A stretch of DNA of 64,000 bases, from positions 16,277 to 80,276 of the forward strand of contig JBKJTN010000064.1 of the NCBI GenBank assembly GCA_046590275.1. The letters run 5' to 3'. Position 1 is the stretch's first letter, and the number at the start of each line of letters is the position of its first letter. This document shows positions 20,245-30,875 of the stretch, piece after piece. The notes beneath the pieces are model-generated. The model did no database searches. It was not told where the DNA came from and saw only the letters and a program-made list of their open reading frames with translations. Made by a program: the position numbers and the translations under genes. This DNA comes from Novosphingobium sp. (GTDB taxonomy: Bacteria; Pseudomonadota; Alphaproteobacteria; Sphingomonadales; Sphingomonadaceae).

Positions 20245-21326
20245 CAGTAGCTCTCCACCAGCACATCGGTGTAAAGCTCAGTCATTTCCGGCTCCGGCGA
20301 GTTCTCTGCAAAATCAGCAGCTTCCGAAACTGTACTGCGAATTTGCTTGTCGATATCCTTCAGTTTGGCCTCGGCAATTCCGCGGGCCAGAAGCTCAATC
20401 TTCGCAGCCTCGATCGGATCGTGATTGTCGCGCATGTCCTGCACTTCTTCACGGCTGCGGTATTTGGCAGGATCGGACATCGAGTGACCGCGATAGCGAT
20501 ATGTGCTGAGCTCCATCAGTACCGGACCGTTGCCGCCACGGACGAAATCGAGCGCGACCTTGGCGGCGGCGTGCACTTCGAGCACATCCATTCCGTTCAC
20601 TTCCATGCCCGGAATCCGGAATGCCGTGCCGCGCCGATAGAACTCGGTCTCGGCCGAGCTGCGCTTGACCGCAGTGCCCATAGCGTAACCGTTGTTCTCG
20701 ATCACGAAAATGATCGGCAGCTTCCACAGCGCGGCCATGTTGAAGCTTTCATAGACCTGTCCCTGATTGGCCGCACCGTCGCCGAAATAGGCCATACAAA
20801 CTCCGCCATCTTCCCGGTATTTGTGGGCAAAGGCGAGGCCCGCACCGAGCGAGACCTGCGCGCCGACGATGCCGTGGCCGCCGTAAAACTTATGCTCCAC
20901 GCTGAACATATGCATCGAGCCGCCCTTGCCGTGCGAAATCCCGGCCTGCCGTCCGGTTAGCTCGGCCATGATTACTTTTGGATCGATCCCATAGGCCAGC
21001 ATGTGACCGTGATCGCGGTAGCCAGTGATCACGCTGTCGCGCTCAGCATCCAGCGCAGACTGAAGTCCCACCGCCACTGCTTCCTGGCCGATATAGAGAT
21101 GGCAGAATCCGCCGATCAGGCCGAGGCCATACAATTGACCTGCGCGCTCCTCAAACCGCCGGATCAGCAACATCTGCTCATAGAAATAGAGCAGTTCGGC
21201 GTCGCTTGCGGCAAACCGTTTGTTATCGGCGTGCGCCTGCTGGAGGCTGCGCAGCGCGAAATTTTCGCCGCCGGAAGCTGCCTTGGCAGACTTTTTGCGA
21301 GCAACGGCAGGCTTGGCCAAAATCAT
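20244..21326 (-). CDS. pdhA: Pyruvate dehydrogenase E1 component alpha subunit
   Basis: 360 aa with a TPP-binding GDGAANQG motif and [11 protein letters not shown]. Confidence 0.93.
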   Translation of the reverse strand: MILAKPAVARKKSAKAASGGENFALRSLQQAHADNKRFAASDAELLYFYEQMLLIRRFEERAGQLYGLGLIGGFCHLYIGQEAVAVGLQSALDAERDSVITGYRDHGHMLAYGIDPKVIMAELTGRQAGISHGKGGSMHMFSVEHKFYGGHGIVGAQVSLGAGLAFAHKYREDGGVCMAYFGDGAANQGQVYESFNMAALWKLPIIFVIENNGYAMGTAVKRSSAETEFYRRGTAFRIPGMEVNGMDVLEVHAAAKVALDFVRGGNGPVLMELSTYRYRGHSMSDPAKYRSREEVQDMRDNHDPIEAAKIELLARGIAEAKLKDIDKQIRSTVSEAADFAENSPEPEMTELYTDVLVESY

Positions 21327-21431
21327 GTCCTCTGCGGAAGATTGTTGCCCTGCCTATAGGGCGATGCTTCCGTTAGGGAAACCGCCCCATACGTATTTTG
21401 TGGCGTTGGGAAAACAAGCAGCCCTGCAAAC

Positions 21432-21743
21432 TCAATTGAGGAGCATCACCATTTCATCAGGGTGGATCACATTGAGATTGCTGCGCAGCAATTCACCAGC
21501 AAGATCGGGATCGGCGTGGCGCGGATCAAGCAGTGCAACCCGGTTCTTGAGATCATCGCGCTGGGCGCGCAGTTGTGCCAGTTCATTTTGATGCTGTGTC
21601 AGCAAGCGATTGTTTTCGCTCCAGGCCAGCAGTCCGCTCGGTCCGGCAACCGCCATTCCGCCCAGCAGCAGCAGACATCCCAGCGCAAGGCCTTGGGTCA
21701 TGCCCTTATTAGCAAACTTCCGCTGGTGGTGGCCATTTGTCAT
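21432..21743 (-). CDS. ftsB: Septum formation initiator family protein (FtsB/DivIC-like)
   Basis: 103 aa with one TM helix plus a coiled coil. It sits upstream of pdhA as in many alphaproteobacteria. Confidence 0.78.
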   Translation of the reverse strand: MTNGHHQRKFANKGMTQGLALGCLLLLGGMAVAGPSGLLAWSENNRLLTQHQNELAQLRAQRDDLKNRVALLDPRHADPDLAGELLRSNLNVIHPDEMVMLLN

Positions 21744-21898
21744 CGCGTCTTAGAATCATAGTTAATGCGGTGGATCAAGCAATTTCTCATTCCTTGCTGA
21801 AGGTTTGCGACAAAGGCTGACAAATGTGCGCCCGGAACGGTGGGAGAACCATTCCGGGCGCGATCGCCCTGCGGGGGGAGTGTAGGGCGATCCGGGAG

Positions 21899-22771
21899 TT
21901 ATTCGACCGGCGCGTCTTCCTGACGATCGGCTTCATTCTTGAGCTGGCCTTCGGTCATTCCCGAGATCAGGACCGAGCCGGTGCCGGTGAAGTTCGAGGC
22001 AGGGATGCGGGCGGTTTCGCCGTCAACCTTGACGATCAGTTCCTGCACCTTGCCGCGGCTGTCGGTGATCACCTCACGGACCTTGCCGATCTTCTCACCA
22101 TCGGGAGATACGATCCGCATGCCGCGTTCCACATCAAAGGTCCCGTCAGCGTTGCCCGCTGCGCTGCCTGCCAGAGCCAGCTGTCCAGCAGCACCAGAGA
22201 ACAATCCTTCGTTTGCGCCCGAGCCGGCAGCGCCGTTGAGCATGCCGTTGGCCGAGCCCGAGGCATTGCCAGAAGCCGAACCTGCAGCCGAGGAAGCGCG
22301 GTCACGAACCGAAGAGGCTGCAGCGAGGCCGCTTGATGCCGATGCGCCGGCGGTGTTGCGAGTGCTGGAAGCGGCGCTGCGCAAGCCGTCGGTGCCGATC
22401 AGCTGGGCGTCGGCATTACCTGAACCACCGGCACTGCCATTGCCCGAGCCGCTGGCCGAGATATCGCGAACCGGAGTGGAAATCGTCTGGGCCAGGTTGC
22501 CATTGCCTGCAGCATTGGCCGAACCGCCAGCACTGGCGCGCCCGCTGCGGCGATCGACCGACTTGGTGGCCGCTGCATCGGCAGTTCCAGAGGTGGCTCC
22601 GCGAGTGCTAGTTTCAACCGAACGCATGTCCGGAAGGCCAATCGGGCCGCTGCTGCCAAATACGCCGCCGAGCGAGCCGCCCAGGCCGCCACTGCCGCCA
22701 AGCAGCTGCGCGTGTGAAGGTGTGGCGGTGGCAACGAACAGCGCCGCCGATGCAAGAATGATGGTTTTCAT
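21899..22771 (-). CDS. Secreted Gly/Ser/Ala-rich protein with C-terminal PRC-barrel domain
   Basis: Signal peptide MKTIILASAALFVATATPSHA, then about 180 aa of low complexity (GSGNGSAGGSGNA...). The C-terminal part IVSPDGEKIGKVREVITDSRGKVQELIVKVDG is PRC-barrel-like. I placed the start at the internal ATG 22771. Confidence 0.62.
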   Translation of the reverse strand: MKTIILASAALFVATATPSHAQLLGGSGGLGGSLGGVFGSSGPIGLPDMRSVETSTRGATSGTADAAATKSVDRRSGRASAGGSANAAGNGNLAQTISTPVRDISASGSGNGSAGGSGNADAQLIGTDGLRSAASSTRNTAGASASSGLAAASSVRDRASSAAGSASGNASGSANGMLNGAAGSGANEGLFSGAAGQLALAGSAAGNADGTFDVERGMRIVSPDGEKIGKVREVITDSRGKVQELIVKVDGETARIPASNFTGTGSVLISGMTEGQLKNEADRQEDAPVE

Positions 22772-22893
22772 AGCGTCTATCCTTTGTTTTTCTCTCTGAA
22801 CCAGCGAACCGCATTCGGAACGCTTGTGAGAAGAACGAATGGACCTCTGAAATTTATCCATCAATCGCTAGAAAAGTTTCAAGCCTCTGTTAT

Positions 22894-24126
22894 TTAGTGA
22901 TTTAACTTGCACTCACTACACAAAAGACCACGACCAAAAACGGTGTCGGGTCCGGGCTTGCCCAAATCGCGGGCTTCGCGATCAAGGATCGACATAACGG
23001 GCTGCCGTCCGTCTGATTGCAGGGCGGCGGCCGCACGGGCGGCAACAAGCGGTGAAGCAAACGAAGTTCCGCGTACCTTCACCATCCGCCCCGCCGCATT
23101 GGCTGCCTGAATATCGGCGCCTGGCGCAGCATAATCCAGATGTAGCGCCCTGCCCGCTTCGATCAGAGCCCGGTTGCGCCCGTCAACGCCGGTCACTGCG
23201 AGCACGCCAGCATAAGAAGCCGGATAACTTGGCGGTGCGGCAGGACCATCATTGCCTACCGCAGCAACGATTGTCGTCCCGCGCGCGCGCGCCGCCGCTA
23301 TCGCTCGCGCCAATACCGGATTGGTCGGCCCAACCAGGCTGATTGAGACCACCCGAACTTTTTGCCCGACCAGCCAGTCCAAGGCTCGGGCAATGGCAAA
23401 AGCACCGCCCCCTGCAGGATCCCCGCCATACACATCGGCAGCGTAGATCCGCCGCACTCCCGCGCGGGATAACAAGGAGGCGACGGCGCTGCCGTGATTG
23501 CTTGCCCGGGCGTTGCCGCTCGCAAACGACTGGACCGCCGCAACCGGCGCGGCTCGACCCGGAGCGCCATCGATAAAGCCGACAGGTTCATTGATAGCGG
23601 CTGGAAGAGAAGCTCGCGTTCGGGGGACAGCGGCTTTTGCGGAGGCGCCACTGGCGAAGTGAAGCTGATCGGCCGCAATCTCGCTACCGGGCGCAATCCG
23701 GGCAACAAGCTGCTGGGCGCTGACCAGCGACATCCCCTTTGGGATATTGAGCCGGGTGACTGTGAATTCCAGTCCGGCGAGCTGACGCTGTTCAGCCGGC
23801 TCAAAACCCGCAAGTTTCAACTGCGCCAAAACGCTTGGCGCAGCATCAAGCATCAGCAGTTCGCCGCGCCGCGCCGGAGCACCGGTAATATCCCGCTCGA
23901 TCGTGCCGCGATTGGAGCGGACCAGCGACTCGATCCGGTCGAGGCGTAGCTGCTCCAGCTGGCGAGCGATCTGGCCGGTGGTGCTGCCCAAGGTCGTGCC
24001 AACCGCTGCGGTGGTGCGATTGAGGACCTCGCCCGGGACTGGCAGCAATGGCGGCAAGCCAAGCTGGGCCTGGGACGGCGCGGCTATTGCACCGGCGAGA
24101 AAAAGGGCAATGAAGGAAGTGCGCAT
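22894..24126 (-). CDS. S8 family (subtilisin-like) serine peptidase, secreted
   Basis: Signal peptide present. Catalytic-triad contexts are IDG, NHGSAVASLL and GTSFASPLVAA. Confidence 0.85.
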   Translation of the reverse strand: MRTSFIALFLAGAIAAPSQAQLGLPPLLPVPGEVLNRTTAAVGTTLGSTTGQIARQLEQLRLDRIESLVRSNRGTIERDITGAPARRGELLMLDAAPSVLAQLKLAGFEPAEQRQLAGLEFTVTRLNIPKGMSLVSAQQLVARIAPGSEIAADQLHFASGASAKAAVPRTRASLPAAINEPVGFIDGAPGRAAPVAAVQSFASGNARASNHGSAVASLLSRAGVRRIYAADVYGGDPAGGGAFAIARALDWLVGQKVRVVSISLVGPTNPVLARAIAAARARGTTIVAAVGNDGPAAPPSYPASYAGVLAVTGVDGRNRALIEAGRALHLDYAAPGADIQAANAAGRMVKVRGTSFASPLVAARAAAALQSDGRQPVMSILDREARDLGKPGPDTVFGRGLLCSECKLNH

Positions 24127-24155
24127 GGTGTCCTCACTGATTAATCTTTATTAGG

Positions 24156-24193
24156 CATGGATGAAACGCTCAACCCGCATCGTTTCATCCATG
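24156..24193. promoter_or_regulatory. Perfect 13-bp inverted repeat in the S8 peptidase / ECF sigma intergenic region
   Basis: CATGGATGAAACG (24156-24168), a 12-nt spacer, then CGTTTCATCCATG (24181-24193). It ends 4 nt before the sigma-factor ATG (24198). Confidence 0.45.
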
Positions 24194-24197
24194 GAAA

Positions 24198-24698
24198 ATG
24201 GCTCTGACCAAGACTGACAGCTTCGAGGATGCCCTCACCGCCTTGTTGCCGCGCCTTCGCAGGTTCGCGGTCGGATTGGCGCGCGATCGCAGCGATGCCG
24301 ACGATTTGTGTCAGATGACCGTTGAGCGTGTGCTCCTGTCTCGCCACCAATGGCAGGCAGGCACCCGTCTCGATAGTTGGATATACCGGATCATGCGTAA
24401 TTTATGGATCGATGAAACCAGGTCGCGCAGCAGGCGCAATCGCAGCTTCGTTGATGAAGAAGCCGGTCTGTCGGTTGGCATGGCCGGCGCGCAGGAATCT
24501 GCGGTCGAACTTTCAATGGTCGACCGCGCGATGGCCACCCTGCCCGATGATCAACGCGAAGCAGTGCTGCTGGTGATGGTCGAAGGCTACAAATATGCCG
24601 AAGCCGCCGAAATCGTCGGTTGCCCCCCCGGAACACTCGCATCGCGGCTGGTCCGCGGACGAGAGGCTTTGCTTGCAGCTCTGGGAGAAGCCCCATGA
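24198..24698 (+). CDS. ECF-type RNA polymerase sigma-70 family factor
   Basis: 166 aa with region 2 (DDLCQMTVERVL...WIYRIMRNLWID) and region 4 (DDQREAVLLVMVEGYKYAEAAEIVGCPPGTLASRL). Confidence 0.9.
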   Translation: MALTKTDSFEDALTALLPRLRRFAVGLARDRSDADDLCQMTVERVLLSRHQWQAGTRLDSWIYRIMRNLWIDETRSRSRRNRSFVDEEAGLSVGMAGAQESAVELSMVDRAMATLPDDQREAVLLVMVEGYKYAEAAEIVGCPPGTLASRLVRGREALLAALGEAP

Positions 24699-25420
24699 CG
24701 ATCGATCGTGAATTGCTGGCCGCATATATCGATGGCGAACTGGACGCGGTCACTGCTGCGCGGATCACCCGTGATCTTGCGGAATCTCCCGAACTGGCGG
24801 CCGAAGTCACCGCACAGCGGAAGCTCCGCGAGCGTCTGGCAACCCACTACGCACCCGTGCTGGACGAGCCGATTCCAGCAGGATTGACTGCTGCTATCGA
24901 GCAGTCCCGCAAGGTAGTCGATTTGTCGGAAGTCCGCGCCCGCGAGGCCGAACGCCGCTGGATCGCGATCCCCAGCGTGCGCTACATCGGTCCTGCGCTG
25001 GCGGCTTGCCTGGTGCTGTTTCTGGTAATTCCGCGCGGCGGCGGCAACGATCTGGTGCGAACCCTTGATGGCCAGAATTACGCGGCAGGAACACTTGACG
25101 TCGCACTGACGGGACAGCTTGCGGCCAATCAGGAACTCACGGACGATCCGCGGATCCTGCTGAGTTTCCCCGCGCAGGACGGTTCGTTGTGCCGTGGTTT
25201 TTCCGGTTCCCAGCTATCCGGTATCGCTTGCCGCGAACAGCGCGGCTGGCGTTTGCGAATGGAACGGCCGGGCAGCCAGGCCGCCAGCGCTGACTATCGC
25301 CAGGCCGGGACGGCGGACAGCGATATCCTGGCCGCTGCGCAGGAAATGGCCAAGGACAGTCCGCTTGATGCCGAAGCCGAACGTAAAGCGATCGCCAGTG
25401 GTTGGCGTTTGGTAAGGTAG
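24695..25420 (+). CDS. Anti-sigma factor (single-pass membrane)
   Basis: Its ATG overlaps the sigma stop (ATGA). The N-terminal LLAAYIDGELD anti-sigma motif is followed by a central TM helix and a periplasmic domain. Confidence 0.7.
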   Translation: MTIDRELLAAYIDGELDAVTAARITRDLAESPELAAEVTAQRKLRERLATHYAPVLDEPIPAGLTAAIEQSRKVVDLSEVRAREAERRWIAIPSVRYIGPALAACLVLFLVIPRGGGNDLVRTLDGQNYAAGTLDVALTGQLAANQELTDDPRILLSFPAQDGSLCRGFSGSQLSGIACREQRGWRLRMERPGSQAASADYRQAGTADSDILAAAQEMAKDSPLDAEAERKAIASGWRLVR

Positions 25421-25520
25421 TTTCAGTCGATGCAGCCAGCTGCGCGACTGGCAGGACTTGACATTTCCCGGTGAATGACCCCAATCCGGTTTCCAATGAA
25501 ACCATTTGCGGACCACTACC

Positions 25521-26603
25521 ATGACTGACCTGTTCGAAAATCCGCTCGGCCTGGATGGGTTCGATTTCGTCGAGTTCTCGGCCCCCCAGAAGGGTATCCT
25601 CGAACCGGTATTCGAGGCGATGGGCTTTACCCTGATCGCCCGCCATCGCTCGAAAGACGTGCAGTTGTGGCGTCAGGGCGAGATAAACCTTATCGCCAAC
25701 TACGAGTCGCGCAGCCCGGCCGCCTATTTCACCGCCGAGCACGGCCCCTCTGCCTGCGGAATGGGTTTTCGCGTCCGCGATGCGGCCAAGGCCTATGCGA
25801 TGGCGATAGAACGCGGGGCTGAACCGGTTGAAGTCCGCACCGGCCCGATGGAATTGCGCCTTCCCGCCATTCGCGGAATTGGCGGATCGATCATCTATCT
25901 GATCGACCGGTATGGCAGTGACGGCCTTAGCATCTACGACATCGACTTCATCTACGAAGCTGGTGTTGACCGTCATCCGATCGGCGCAGGTATGCAGATC
26001 ATCGATCACCTCACCCACAACCTGTACGGTGGAAGGATGGCACATTGGGCCGCATTCTATGAGCAGATCTTCAATTTCCGCGAGATCCGCTATTTCGATA
26101 TCAAGGGTGAATATACCGGTCTGACCAGCAAGGCGATGACCGCACCGGATGGCAAAATTCGTATCCCGCTCAACGAGGAAGGCCAAAAGGGTGGTGGCCA
26201 GATTGAGGAGTATCTGCGGGCTTACAACGGTGAGGGTATCCAGCACATCGCCTTCGCTTGCGATGATCTCTATGCGGCATGGGATCGGCTCAAGACCCTT
26301 GGCACGCCCTTCGCCCCTGCCCCGCCCGCGACCTATTACGAGATGCTGGCGGAGCGCTTGCCGGGGCACGGCGAGTCGGTCGAAGAATTGCAAAGTCGCG
26401 GCATCCTGCTCGATGGCTCAACTGAAAATGATGATCCGCGCCTGCTGCTGCAGATATTCTCGCAAACTATGATCGGACCGGTGTTCTTCGAATTCATCCA
26501 GCGCAAGAAGGACGAAGGCTTCGGCGAAGGCAATTTCACCGCGCTGTTCAAATCGATGGAAGCCGATCAGATCCGGCGCGGGGCGCTGCAAGTCGACGGT
26601 TGA
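25521..26603 (+). CDS. hppD: 4-hydroxyphenylpyruvate dioxygenase
   Basis: Two VOC domains, GIQHIAF and a C-terminal [19 protein letters not shown] signature. Confidence 0.92.
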   Translation: MTDLFENPLGLDGFDFVEFSAPQKGILEPVFEAMGFTLIARHRSKDVQLWRQGEINLIANYESRSPAAYFTAEHGPSACGMGFRVRDAAKAYAMAIERGAEPVEVRTGPMELRLPAIRGIGGSIIYLIDRYGSDGLSIYDIDFIYEAGVDRHPIGAGMQIIDHLTHNLYGGRMAHWAAFYEQIFNFREIRYFDIKGEYTGLTSKAMTAPDGKIRIPLNEEGQKGGGQIEEYLRAYNGEGIQHIAFACDDLYAAWDRLKTLGTPFAPAPPATYYEMLAERLPGHGESVEELQSRGILLDGSTENDDPRLLLQIFSQTMIGPVFFEFIQRKKDEGFGEGNFTALFKSMEADQIRRGALQVDG

Positions 26604-26722
26604 GTAGTGCAAATCGCCACCGAACCTGCAAGGGCTTGCAAGGCCGACAGGCCGCCCGAGCCGATGCGAGGAATGCCAAGGCCGCAGATGCGAATGCCCG
26701 GCGCCTGAGGCCAAACTAATAT

Positions 26723-26799
26723 TGGTGCGCCCGACGGGATTCGAACCCATGGCCCCCAGATTAGGAATCTGGTGCTCTATCCTGCTGAGCTACGGGCGC
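26723..26799 (-). tRNA. tRNA-Arg (anticodon CCT)
   Basis: The reverse complement folds as a 77-nt cloverleaf: GCGCCCG-TA-GCTC..GAGC-A-CCAGA-TTCCTAA-TCTGG-GGGCC-ATGGG-TTCGAAT-CCCGT-CGGGCGC-ACCA. CCA is encoded. Confidence 0.93.
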
Positions 26800-26836
26800 A
26801 CGAGGCTCTCTTAGGCAGGCGGGTTCCTGCTGGCAA

Positions 26837-27319
26837 TCAGTTGAGTTCGTCAGGCGGTGCGACGGGAAATGGCAGAGGGACGAGGGCTATACCCTCCTGG
26901 ATCAGTTCGCTTGCCTCATCGGGTGTTGCCTGACCGTGGATCACTTCGGCATCCCGCTCACCATAATGGATCGCGCGCGATTGTTCGGCAAACTTGTCGC
27001 CTACCCAGCGCGATTGCTTGAGAGCTTCGGCCTGCATCTGCGCCAATGCCTGCATCATTTTGACGGCCTCTGGCGGCAATCCTCCGCCTGCGACGGGCTG
27101 CGCGGCAGGCTGCGGCGGGGAGGCTTTGGCAACAACGGCAAGCTGGTTGCCCTTGCGGCTGACATTGGGAGCCATCGGCGCCTTGCCGACCGCGGATGAG
27201 CCGCACTGCGGGCAAACAACCAACCCACCATCGGCTTGCCGCGCGAAGTCATCAGACGAGCCAAACCAGCCCTCAAACCGGTGGCCGCCCGATTGGCATT
27301 CCAGATTAAACACTATCAT
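26837..27319 (-). CDS. DUF1178 family zinc-ribbon protein
   Basis: Starts MIVFNLECQSGGHRFEGWFGSSDDF...CPQCGS, typical of DUF1178. I placed the start at the internal ATG overlapping the upstream stop. Confidence 0.75.
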   Translation of the reverse strand: MIVFNLECQSGGHRFEGWFGSSDDFARQADGGLVVCPQCGSSAVGKAPMAPNVSRKGNQLAVVAKASPPQPAAQPVAGGGLPPEAVKMMQALAQMQAEALKQSRWVGDKFAEQSRAIHYGERDAEVIHGQATPDEASELIQEGIALVPLPFPVAPPDELN

Positions 27320-28161
27320 TCCGCTACAGTATTGGGAATTGGCCGGCGATTTGCAAGGCTGGGCAATTGAGCCCGCACTTCGGAAATTCGCGCCAGATCG
27401 AGATCGACGAAGCCCAGCCCTGCCGTCTCTCCGCCCATATCGAGCAACACATCGCCCCACGGATCTACCACCAGACTGTGACCATAGGTGCTGCGGCCGT
27501 CTTCATGCGGGCCGACCTGCGCGGCCGCGATCACAAAGGCGCTGGCCTCAATCGCGCGGGCGCGTTGCAGAATATGCCAATGCGCGGCACCGGTCGGCAC
27601 CGTGAAGGCGGCAGGGATCGAAATCGCATCGCAGCCAGCCTTGCCCAATGCCTCGAACAGCGCAGGAAAGCGCAGATCATAACAGATGGTCAGGCCAAGC
27701 CGGCCGATCGGCGTATCGGCCACCGCCAGCGTCTCGCCGGGCGCATAGGCACTCGATTCGCGCCAGCTTTCGCCGCCAGCCAGATCGACATCGAACATAT
27801 GCAGCTTGTCATAACGGGCGGCGACCATGCCGCTGGCATTGACCAACAGCGAGCGATTGGCCCAGCGGCCATCCTCGCGCAGAACCGCCAGTGATCCGAT
27901 CTCGACCCAAACCCCGGCTCGGGCCGCGGCTTCCTGAACCGCCGCCAGCACCGGATTATCTGCCTCGGCCACGATGTGCGCGCGCGCACGTTCGCGATTC
28001 CGATCGAGCAGACCAGACATTTCGGGGGTAAAGATCATCTCTGCCCCGGCCATCGCAGCTGCACCAACCGCGCCAACCAGCGTCGCCGCATTGTCCGCCG
28101 GATTGATTCCGGTGGTCATCTGCAGCACCGCGATCCGTGTCATTGGCGGATCATCGCTCAA
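27316..28161 (-). CDS. Carbon-nitrogen hydrolase (nitrilase superfamily) protein
   Basis: 281 aa with Glu/Lys/Cys triad contexts (FTPEMSG, YDKLHMFD, LTICYDLRFP). Confidence 0.85.
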   Translation of the reverse strand: MSDDPPMTRIAVLQMTTGINPADNAATLVGAVGAAAMAGAEMIFTPEMSGLLDRNRERARAHIVAEADNPVLAAVQEAAARAGVWVEIGSLAVLREDGRWANRSLLVNASGMVAARYDKLHMFDVDLAGGESWRESSAYAPGETLAVADTPIGRLGLTICYDLRFPALFEALGKAGCDAISIPAAFTVPTGAAHWHILQRARAIEASAFVIAAAQVGPHEDGRSTYGHSLVVDPWGDVLLDMGGETAGLGFVDLDLARISEVRAQLPSLANRRPIPNTVAE

Positions 28162-28421
28162 CGTCCCAGCAGTGGATCGAGCTTGCCGGCCTTATCAAGC
28201 GCGAAGAGGTCGTCACAGCCGCCGATTCCGACATTATCGATGAATATCTGCGGGACGGTGATAGCTTCAGGAGCGCGTTCAATCATTTCGGCGCGCTTTG
28301 GCCCGCCCATGGTTATGTCATAATCATTGTAGGTGACGCCTTTGGCATCAAGCAGCCCGATCGCGCGGTAGCAAAAAGGGCAGCCCCATTTGGTGTAGAT
28401 CTCGATTTTTGGCGAACCCAT
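28158..28421 (-). CDS. grxC: Glutaredoxin 3
   Basis: Contains the CPFC active site, TVPQIFI and GGCDDL. I placed the start at the internal ATG (MGSPKIEIY). Confidence 0.88.
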   Translation of the reverse strand: MGSPKIEIYTKWGCPFCYRAIGLLDAKGVTYNDYDITMGGPKRAEMIERAPEAITVPQIFIDNVGIGGCDDLFALDKAGKLDPLLGR

Positions 28422-28451
28422 GCGCTTTCCTTCGTTGTGGCCCTTCCACCC

Positions 28452-28479
28452 CTTGAAAGTCTGTCGCGCTATCATATCT
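28452..28479 (+). promoter_or_regulatory. Putative sigma32 (RpoH)-type promoter for hsp20
   Basis: CTTG (28452-28455), N17, then CATATCT (28473-28479). The alphaproteobacterial RpoH consensus is CTTG-N17-CYTATNT, so this differs at one position. Confidence 0.35.
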
Positions 28480-28499
28480 CCCAGGTGGTGTCATGGCCT

Positions 28500-28577
28500 G
28501 CATGGGGATGGCACCGCATCGGGGCGCCGGAAACGGGTTCCGAAGGATTGAAGATTGCTCAGTAGAGGATTTTTGTC
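28500..28577 (+). promoter_or_regulatory. ROSE-like RNA thermometer in the hsp20 5' UTR
   Basis: The SD-masking hairpin at 28554-28571 (AUUGCUC-AGUA-GAGGAUU) pairs the UUGCU motif with the SD GAGGA and carries an internal G-G mismatch. Two further upstream hairpins are CGGAA..TTCCG (28528-28542) and GATG..CATC (28507-28520). Confidence 0.42.
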
Positions 28578-29048
28578 ATGAATCGTTTTGATTTTACCCC
28601 CTATCGCCGCACCACTGTCGGGTTTGACCGGCTGTTCGATCTGCTGGAAAACAACTCGCGCGCCAGTGCTGGTGATAACTACCCGCCGTTCAATATCGAG
28701 CGCCGGGGCGAAGATCATTATCGCATCACACTTGCCGTCGCCGGCTTCAAATCGGCGGATATTGAGATCACTGCCCAGCAGAACTTGCTGATCGTCCAAG
28801 GGCGCAAGGGCGATGAGGCGGCTGACGCTGAATTTCTCCACGTCGGGATTGCCCAGCGCGGGTTCGAGCGCCGCTTTGAACTGGCCGATTTCGTAATGGT
28901 TGGCGGTGCCAATCTGGAAGACGGGTTGCTGACCATCGACCTCGTCCGCGAAGTGCCAGAAGCGATGAAACCAAGGAAGATCGCCGTAGGCACGCAGAAG
29001 TCGCTGTCAGCTGTGCCGGACAGCACCAAGACCAGCGCTGCGGCCTGA
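28578..29048 (+). CDS. Hsp20/alpha-crystallin family small heat shock protein
   Basis: 156 aa, IbpA-like (YPPFNIERRGEDHYRITLAVAGF...GLLTIDL). Confidence 0.9.
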   Translation: MNRFDFTPYRRTTVGFDRLFDLLENNSRASAGDNYPPFNIERRGEDHYRITLAVAGFKSADIEITAQQNLLIVQGRKGDEAADAEFLHVGIAQRGFERRFELADFVMVGGANLEDGLLTIDLVREVPEAMKPRKIAVGTQKSLSAVPDSTKTSAAA

Positions 29049-29067
29049 ACTATTGATTCCAATGGGC

Positions 29068-29097
29068 GGGAGGCGGGTCCGAAGCGGCCCGCCTCCC
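29068..29097. terminator. GC-rich hairpin between convergent hsp20 and pyrG
   Basis: GGGAGGCGGG-(t ccg aag cgg)-CCCGCCTCCC forms a 10-bp outer stem plus a 3-bp inner stem. There is no clear U-tract. Confidence 0.42.
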
Positions 29098-29109
29098 CCC
29101 GGATCTGGA

Positions 29110-30753
<1,644 letters not shown>

Positions 30754-30875
30754 TTAAGCCGATGGAGGGGCCCCGCGCAAGCGCTTGCTGCGGCAATCCA
30801 CAACAGATCGCATTTGCAACAGCGAAATAGCCCGGCCGATAGCGGCAGGGAGCGGCTTGGCCAGATTAAGGCGAA

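Noticed and set aside
22100-22700. Repetitive-looking DNA (GGCAGC/GCCGCT-rich), considered as a tandem repeat or CRISPR-like array.
   Set aside because: There are no constant-length direct repeats or spacers. The periodicity comes from G/S/A/N low-complexity coding sequence of the PRC-barrel protein.
24162-24184. TGAAAC ... CGTT inside the 13-bp palindrome, considered as an ECF-type promoter (-35 GAAC / -10 CGT).
   Set aside because: The spacing between AAC and CGT is only 13 nt, against the 16-17 nt typical for ECF promoters. It would also place the TSS about 5 nt from the ATG.
25137-26393. A 418-aa minus-strand ORF, one of the longest in the track.
   Set aside because: It is entirely antisense to the well-supported hppD gene. 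Its composition is Arg/Gly/Ala-rich with no motif, typical of a shadow ORF in GC-rich DNA.
26604-26836. The flanks of tRNA-Arg(CCT), checked as a possible genomic-island integration site.
   Set aside because: There is no integrase, no duplicated tRNA 3' fragment, and the neighbouring genes (hppD, DUF1178, C-N hydrolase, grxC) are ordinary core genes with native composition.
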